Positions 14,972-20,000 of a stretch of DNA of 20,000 nucleotides are shown here, in pieces (positions within the stretch are counted from its first letter, which is position 1; each line of letters begins with the position of its first letter). Where the stretch lies: the IMG/VR virus record IMGVR_UViG_3300024518_004509, one strand, 5' to 3'. Origin of the DNA: an uncultured virus (IMG/VR IMGVR_UViG_3300024518_004509) (Duplodnaviria > Heunggongvirae > Uroviricota > Caudoviricetes). Made by a program: the position numbers and the translations under genes. The notes below the pieces were generated by a model. The model ran no database searches, was not told the DNA's origin, and saw only the letters and a list, made by a program, of their open reading frames with translations.

Positions 14972-15759
14972 ACTTGTCTACTTAATGTTGTTTGATATGC
15001 TTGTACTAATGTATTTAAATTAGCTACATCTGTTCCATCTAAACCATCTCCTATACTTGCAAATGCACATAGTTTATTGCTTCTTTCAGTCGCGGTATTT
15101 CTAAATAATGTAATAAAAGAAGATGATGGTGATGATGAAGTGGCTGATGGATTAGCTACTAATGAGCCATTTTTATACTTATCTAATGAACCACTTACAA
15201 TTCTACTTGAAACCCAAAACCCTTGGTTTGAGCTATGTGCATAGGATGATGAACCAGTATTATTTATATTACTTATAAAATCTAAACCAACTAATACATA
15301 ACTAATTGCTAAATAAAATACACTTCCTGATAATAAACCAATTTCTACACTACCTGATGTGTCGTTAGCTTGTTTATTATAGAATGACATATGGACTGAA
15401 TTTTGAGCCATATTATTAGGTGCTAAATGTGTGTGAGCATAAGTTCCTGCTGTACCATTTCCACTACAACCATCGCTTGAATGATTAAACCCACCATTAA
15501 ATGTTAATCTATAAGCACCATCTGTATCTTGTGGATCTTTCAAATTAAATTTATGAGTAGTCGCTGTACCACCCACAAAAGGATAAATGGCTTTCATTTT
15601 AGTCCATAAACTATCAGCCTTCAAACCCACAACCAACGTATTAATAGCTCCTTGCTGTGTAGGGTCAGTTATACCAGCATTTGTAATAAATGCTTGAGCA
15701 TCTGCGTCAAATACTACAGAACTCTGTTGTTGTCTTAATTTCTCAAGTAGGTGAATCAT
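14968..15759 (-). CDS. Virion-associated protein, possibly with a ConA-like fold
   Basis: DADAQAFITNAGIT...LWTKMKAIYPFVGG...ASIGDGL...VQAYQTTLSRQV, a pattern I recognise from Bacteroidota phage tail regions. Confidence 0.65.
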   Translation of the reverse strand: MIHLLEKLRQQQSSVVFDADAQAFITNAGITDPTQQGAINTLVVGLKADSLWTKMKAIYPFVGGTATTHKFNLKDPQDTDGAYRLTFNGGFNHSSDGCSGNGTAGTYAHTHLAPNNMAQNSVHMSFYNKQANDTSGSVEIGLLSGSVFYLAISYVLVGLDFISNINNTGSSSYAHSSNQGFWVSSRIVSGSLDKYKNGSLVANPSATSSSPSSSFITLFRNTATERSNKLCAFASIGDGLDGTDVANLNTLVQAYQTTLSRQV

Positions 15760-15763
15760 TGTT

Positions 15764-16810
15764 CTATATTTCTAAAAACCAAAATTCTGTTGTTGTTCCA
15801 TTATGTCTTACAACTAAATACATATTTGTTGCTGTTACAAATGTTGCACCTCCTATTTTTGTAGCATTTGTAACATCTGGCTCATTAGTTGTATTAATTA
15901 ATGATTGTGCCCAACCACCTGTAACAGCACCACTAAATGTGTATGTTTCACCAGCATTAGCAGAAGCCATATTGTAATATTTACCAATAGCACTAGCTAA
16001 ATCTAATGCAACACCTGTTTTTGTTTCAGAAGCTACATTAAGTTCTTTTGTAATATTTACAACTTCTGTAGCTGTTGTATAAGTTAAAAAATCTCCTGTA
16101 GCATTTCCAGCTAATCTAAATATTTCATCACTAGCTCTTACTCTATAATATTGCTCAGTTCCATCATCAGTTGCACCATTCCATATTCTTAATTCACCTC
16201 CAACTGTGGTACCACCACCATTTAATTCTATATATCCTACTGTATTAGCATATTTTCCTACATAAAGATTAGAACCAGAAAATGTTAAATTATCTTCACT
16301 TTCAAGTGTACCGTCCCCAGTCCACACAGCCAATTCATTATTAACTGGAGTACCTACCTTGGTAACATCACCAGTACCACCTAAAGCAGCAATAGCCTGT
16401 GCCACTCTTTCTGCTGTCCATATTTTTGAATCCGTTGCAGTGCCAGCTTCAGCATCTACCTGAGAGATTACATCAGTCACCATAGTATCCAGATCTACTG
16501 CACCTGTAACAGTGATATAATCTGTAATTATCTTACTTGCAGCCGAATTAGTTGTATTCAATGCTACATCATCATCAAGAACATCGAAAGCTTTCTGAGC
16601 ATTATCCTCAGTTGCACTCAACGCCCCGTTGAAGCTGGAAGTATCCAAAGTAATTGTTGAACCAGAGCCGCCTTCCGGCTGAGGTTTCCCATTCACGTCA
16701 TACACATACAAAGTATATGTATCGAAAGCTACGAATATTGATCCGGGTAGATCTGACGCAGGTTTATCTGCATCATGCCCGAAAAGTTTTTTTGGTATTA
16801 TGTCTTTCAT
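15764..16810 (-). CDS. Tail fibre-related protein, 348 aa
   Basis: Shares the GDVTKVGTPVNN...WTGDGT module with the upstream fibre; also SQVDAEAGT...WTAERVAQAI. Confidence 0.75.
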   Translation of the reverse strand: MKDIIPKKLFGHDADKPASDLPGSIFVAFDTYTLYVYDVNGKPQPEGGSGSTITLDTSSFNGALSATEDNAQKAFDVLDDDVALNTTNSAASKIITDYITVTGAVDLDTMVTDVISQVDAEAGTATDSKIWTAERVAQAIAALGGTGDVTKVGTPVNNELAVWTGDGTLESEDNLTFSGSNLYVGKYANTVGYIELNGGGTTVGGELRIWNGATDDGTEQYYRVRASDEIFRLAGNATGDFLTYTTATEVVNITKELNVASETKTGVALDLASAIGKYYNMASANAGETYTFSGAVTGGWAQSLINTTNEPDVTNATKIGGATFVTATNMYLVVRHNGTTTEFWFLEI

Positions 16811-19800
16811 TTTATTTTATTTTAGTTTATAGCTCCGTTATTACCAGTGTAAAATTCCTTATAATTGTATTTCCAGCAGTATCATTATTTGCAAATGCAA
16901 ATGATATTTTATCTCCTACAGCTATAGTGACCAAAGCTGTTTTACCAAATTCACCATAATCTGCACCTGTACCAAATTTCCTTCTTGATTTACTTCCTAT
17001 TATATGAGAAGCGTTCTTCATTAATTGCCAATCAAAAATTTCATTAGATGTAGCAGATGTTGCTGAAGCTCCCCAAGAAATTTCAATAGTCCCTGCTACT
17101 TCAGATTCAAGGGTTGCTGCCTGATCCATTGTCCCCGTACCAGTAGCAGTATAAACTGCTGCCACTTCATATTGTGTTGCTGATATAATTGCTTTAACCT
17201 GGAATATACCTGTATATGCAGCATCAGCTAAATTAGTGTGAGATACAATATCATCTACTGCAAGTCCGTGAGAACCTGTAGTAGTAACTTCAATATCAAC
17301 ACCTGTAGCTACACCATCAGCTATACTTGCTATTGGAAAAGATGTACCAGCACCACCAGCATCAAAAGTGAAACCAGATAGATTTGCTCCTGCTAATGCA
17401 TTTGTATGATATGAATGTAAATCTAAAGTAGCATTTACTACATAAGCATCTGTGTTGTCTTCATCATACATCATTGCATGATTATGTGTATCACCTGCAT
17501 CTACATATTCTTTAGTTGTAAGAGCTGTGTTTCCTGTAGAGTCAATATTAGCAACTGATTGGTCAGATGTAATTGCACCTAATGTTCCTATAACTTGAGT
17601 AGCAGATGTATATGTTAAGAAGTTTCCAGTAGATGCTCCACCTAATGAAAATACCCCATTACCCCCATTAACTCTATAGTAATCATCATCATCATCCGTT
17701 GCACCTCCAGTATATATATCTAATACTCCACCACTTGCACCTGCATTACCAAATACTTGTATTTGACCAGATGAGTTATTGTTTATTCCAAAACTTACTA
17801 AACCATTAGAACTTGATGTAAATCCAGTGGTTCCTTTTAATTGACCTGCAGTCCAAATACCTACTTGATTACTAGATGGAGAACCTGACGTAACTACATC
17901 ACCTATAGTTAATGGTTCTTCAATAATATTACCACTCACATCAACAGCTAAAGCATAAGTTCCTGTTCCTGTAATTGTGCCTCCACCATAATCATTAAAA
18001 GTTATTATTTTAGATGTTGAATTTCTATTAAAAAATGTTCCTGTAGAATTTCCACTTATTATAAAATCACCATTTGTTCCTACACCTGTGCTAATTGTGA
18101 ATAAATCATCACCTACCATAGCACCACTTCCATAAATTGTAAGTACACCACCTGCACCAGATAACGTACCTTCCAAAGTTAACCAACCAGCTACTGCATT
18201 TGAACCTCCTATCTTTAAACTACTATCAGTATAAGTAAACCTTTGATGCCCCTCTATTGTACCATCCCCAGTCCATATACCCACTTGGTCATTAACTGGT
18301 GTTCCCACTTTAGTGACATCTCCTGTTGCTAATGCTGTCTCAACTATATTCCCTGAAACATCAACAGCTAGGTTATAAGTTTCTGTTCCTGTAATAGTTC
18401 CTCCACCATAAGAATGTAAAGTTGTACTCCCACTCTTCAAAATTGTAAATGCATCAGACCTTGCACCAGTACCAGTTCCATTTCCTATATTCAGTAATCT
18501 ATCACTAGCATCATAAGTTGATACTCCCGCTGGAGCATAATCTGTCCCAAACATCCCTAATGCGTTCTCTCCCATTGACCTTGAAAAGTTATCCACTCCT
18601 GCAGCAAAAGCATATGTCCCTGAAGCTTCATTATTAGCCCCAATTGCATGAGATGCAACTCCACTAGCTGTATTGTTAAACCCAATAGCCATTGTATACC
18701 ATGCAGTAGCATTATTATCTCTCCCAAGAGCAATTGAACCTCTTCCTCCCGAGGACACATTAAAATAACCTCCAGCAACAGAAGCCTCTCCAGAAGCTGT
18801 ATTATATTGTCCTCCAATAATTGTTGAATAAAGACCACTTGCAACCTCCGATTGAGTAGACCTACTCATTTGTAAATCAACCGCATACTGTCCCCTTTTA
18901 TTTCCTCCTGAAATAAGATTATCAGGAATACTAGCAAGTATAGCTCCACCACCTTTTGGTATAATAGCAGCATCAACATTTGTAGCACCATTAGTTGCAG
19001 TAAAAGAAACTACAGGTATAGTAGCATTTGGTGCTGCTATATTTACTGCTTCTGTCCAATTAACTAGTCCAGTAGCTACAGCTCCTTCTATAATATTACC
19101 ACTAGCATCTACATTTAATGTATAAGTTGGAGTTCCTGTAATTGTTCCACCTCCATACATAGGCAGAGCAAGTTGGTCACCAGACAAGGGTTTAAAAGTA
19201 AAAAATTCATCATTATCTGAAAATATACTAAATTGCCCTTGAGTTCCTGTTTTGAGTTTGTATGTATTTGTCTGACCATCTGCACTTGAACCATTATACA
19301 ATCTTAATTCTGCACCAACAGTAGTATTACTACCATATAATCTCAACAATCCTTGAGAAGTATCACTTACCCCTATATCCAAAGTATTAGCACTAGGGGA
19401 AGTTAATCCTGTATTACCTTCAATTGTCCCATCGCCTGTCCAAACTCCTATCTGATTATTTACAGGAGTTCCAACTTTAGTTACATCACCAGTAACTACA
19501 GCAGTTTCAATTATGTTTCCTGAAACGTCAACAGCTAGTGAGTATGTTGGAGTTCCTGTGATTGTTCCTCCACCGTAAGAGCTCATTGAAATTGTACTTG
19601 TCGGTAAATCCAAATTTCCAGTTGTTGTCCTATATGTTAAAAATAAACCTGATGTAGAGCCACCCATTGAAAAATAACCACCAGCTAAACTTTTAATATC
19701 TATAGATTGGTCTACTGAATCATTACCACCTCCCATAAATAATTGTAATTGACCACCATCATTACCACCTCCTCCAAACAATTGAATACGTCCTACCGTA

Positions 19801-19937
19801 GTATCATTTTGTCCAATTGTTAATATTCCTACCCCACTTGTACCAAACACCATTAAAGGATCTCCCTCAATAGTACCATCTCCTGTCCAGACTCCTACTT
19901 GATTATTTACTGGTGTTCCGACTTTTGTGACATCGCC
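16298..19937 (-). repeat. Coding repeats GDVTKVGTPVN..WTGDGT and YGGGTITGT..L.VD.SGNI.E
   Basis: First module at ~19865-19937, ~19417-19490, ~18249-18323, ~17835-17903 (degenerate) and ~16298-16373. Second module at ~19505-19578, ~19085-19158, ~18339-18410 and ~17919-17990. Confidence 0.9.
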
Positions 19938-20000
19938 GGCAATCTGCACATAGACAGAACCAGTCCATCTATAACAGAACCCAGTGTCTATTGTGACATA
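16827..20000 (-). CDS. Long repetitive tail fibre; 5' end lies outside the window
   Basis: The frame stays open to base 20000 (YVTIDTGFCYRWTGSVYVQIAGDVTK), so GTG 19949 is not the start. It has four ~140-150-aa repeat units and a YadA-like block. Confidence 0.85.
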   Translation of the reverse strand, partial: YVTIDTGFCYRWTGSVYVQIAGDVTKVGTPVNNQVGVWTGDGTIEGDPLMVFGTSGVGILTIGQNDTTVGRIQLFGGGGNDGGQLQLFMGGGNDSVDQSIDIKSLAGGYFSMGGSTSGLFLTYRTTTGNLDLPTSTISMSSYGGGTITGTPTYSLAVDVSGNIIETAVVTGDVTKVGTPVNNQIGVWTGDGTIEGNTGLTSPSANTLDIGVSDTSQGLLRLYGSNTTVGAELRLYNGSSADGQTNTYKLKTGTQGQFSIFSDNDEFFTFKPLSGDQLALPMYGGGTITGTPTYTLNVDASGNIIEGAVATGLVNWTEAVNIAAPNATIPVVSFTATNGATNVDAAIIPKGGGAILASIPDNLISGGNKRGQYAVDLQMSRSTQSEVASGLYSTIIGGQYNTASGEASVAGGYFNVSSGGRGSIALGRDNNATAWYTMAIGFNNTASGVASHAIGANNEASGTYAFAAGVDNFSRSMGENALGMFGTDYAPAGVSTYDASDRLLNIGNGTGTGARSDAFTILKSGSTTLHSYGGGTITGTETYNLAVDVSGNIVETALATGDVTKVGTPVNDQVGIWTGDGTIEGHQRFTYTDSSLKIGGSNAVAGWLTLEGTLSGAGGVLTIYGSGAMVGDDLFTISTGVGTNGDFIISGNSTGTFFNRNSTSKIITFNDYGGGTITGTGTYALAVDVSGNIIEEPLTIGDVVTSGSPSSNQVGIWTAGQLKGTTGFTSSSNGLVSFGINNNSSGQIQVFGNAGASGGVLDIYTGGATDDDDDYYRVNGGNGVFSLGGASTGNFLTYTSATQVIGTLGAITSDQSVANIDSTGNTALTTKEYVDAGDTHNHAMMYDEDNTDAYVVNATLDLHSYHTNALAGANLSGFTFDAGGAGTSFPIASIADGVATGVDIEVTTTGSHGLAVDDIVSHTNLADAAYTGIFQVKAIISATQYEVAAVYTATGTGTMDQAATLESEVAGTIEISWGASATSATSNEIFDWQLMKNASHIIGSKSRRKFGTGADYGEFGKTALVTIAVGDKISFAFANNDTAGNTIIRNFTLVITEL

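Noticed and set aside
4831..18844. Short alternative-frame and antisense ORFs inside the long minus-strand genes
   Set aside because: They are fully nested in well-supported genes and show no recognisable motifs.
8403..20000. Diversity-generating retroelement or invertible fibre segment
   Set aside because: No reverse transcriptase or invertase is present, and repeat copies differ at synonymous sites rather than specifically at adenines.

Overview
The window looks like part of a tailed phage or prophage of a Bacteroidota host. The host call rests on consensus TTTG-N19/20-TAnnTTTG promoters, A-rich initiation regions with no Shine-Dalgarno sequence, and a signal peptide followed by Gln. Left (+ strand, 1-4324): the 3' end of a PAPS-reductase-family gene, a PD-(D/E)XK-like nuclease, then a dense AT-rich array of about 13 micro-ORFs (26-100 aa, many missed or mis-started by the ORF track). 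Nearly every junction in this array is the same 14-mer, A(A/T)ACTGTAATTATG, which overlaps the upstream stop and supplies the next ATG (7 exact copies plus at least 5 variants). Two copies of a palindrome built on the same AACTG core sit in and after the array. These are followed by two candidate minus-strand small RNAs (promoter plus terminator, no ORF), each divergent from a stand-alone gene. Right (- strand, 4382-20000): a late operon of mosaic tail-fibre/adhesin genes with shared modules, two lectin-like proteins with an identical N-terminal peptide, a secreted protein, and a five-gene lysis cassette with a YkuD-like endolysin candidate and a unimolecular-spanin-like lipoprotein. The motif-delimited micro-gene array is the best candidate for an undescribed system. 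All family calls come from reading motifs by eye; no searches were run.
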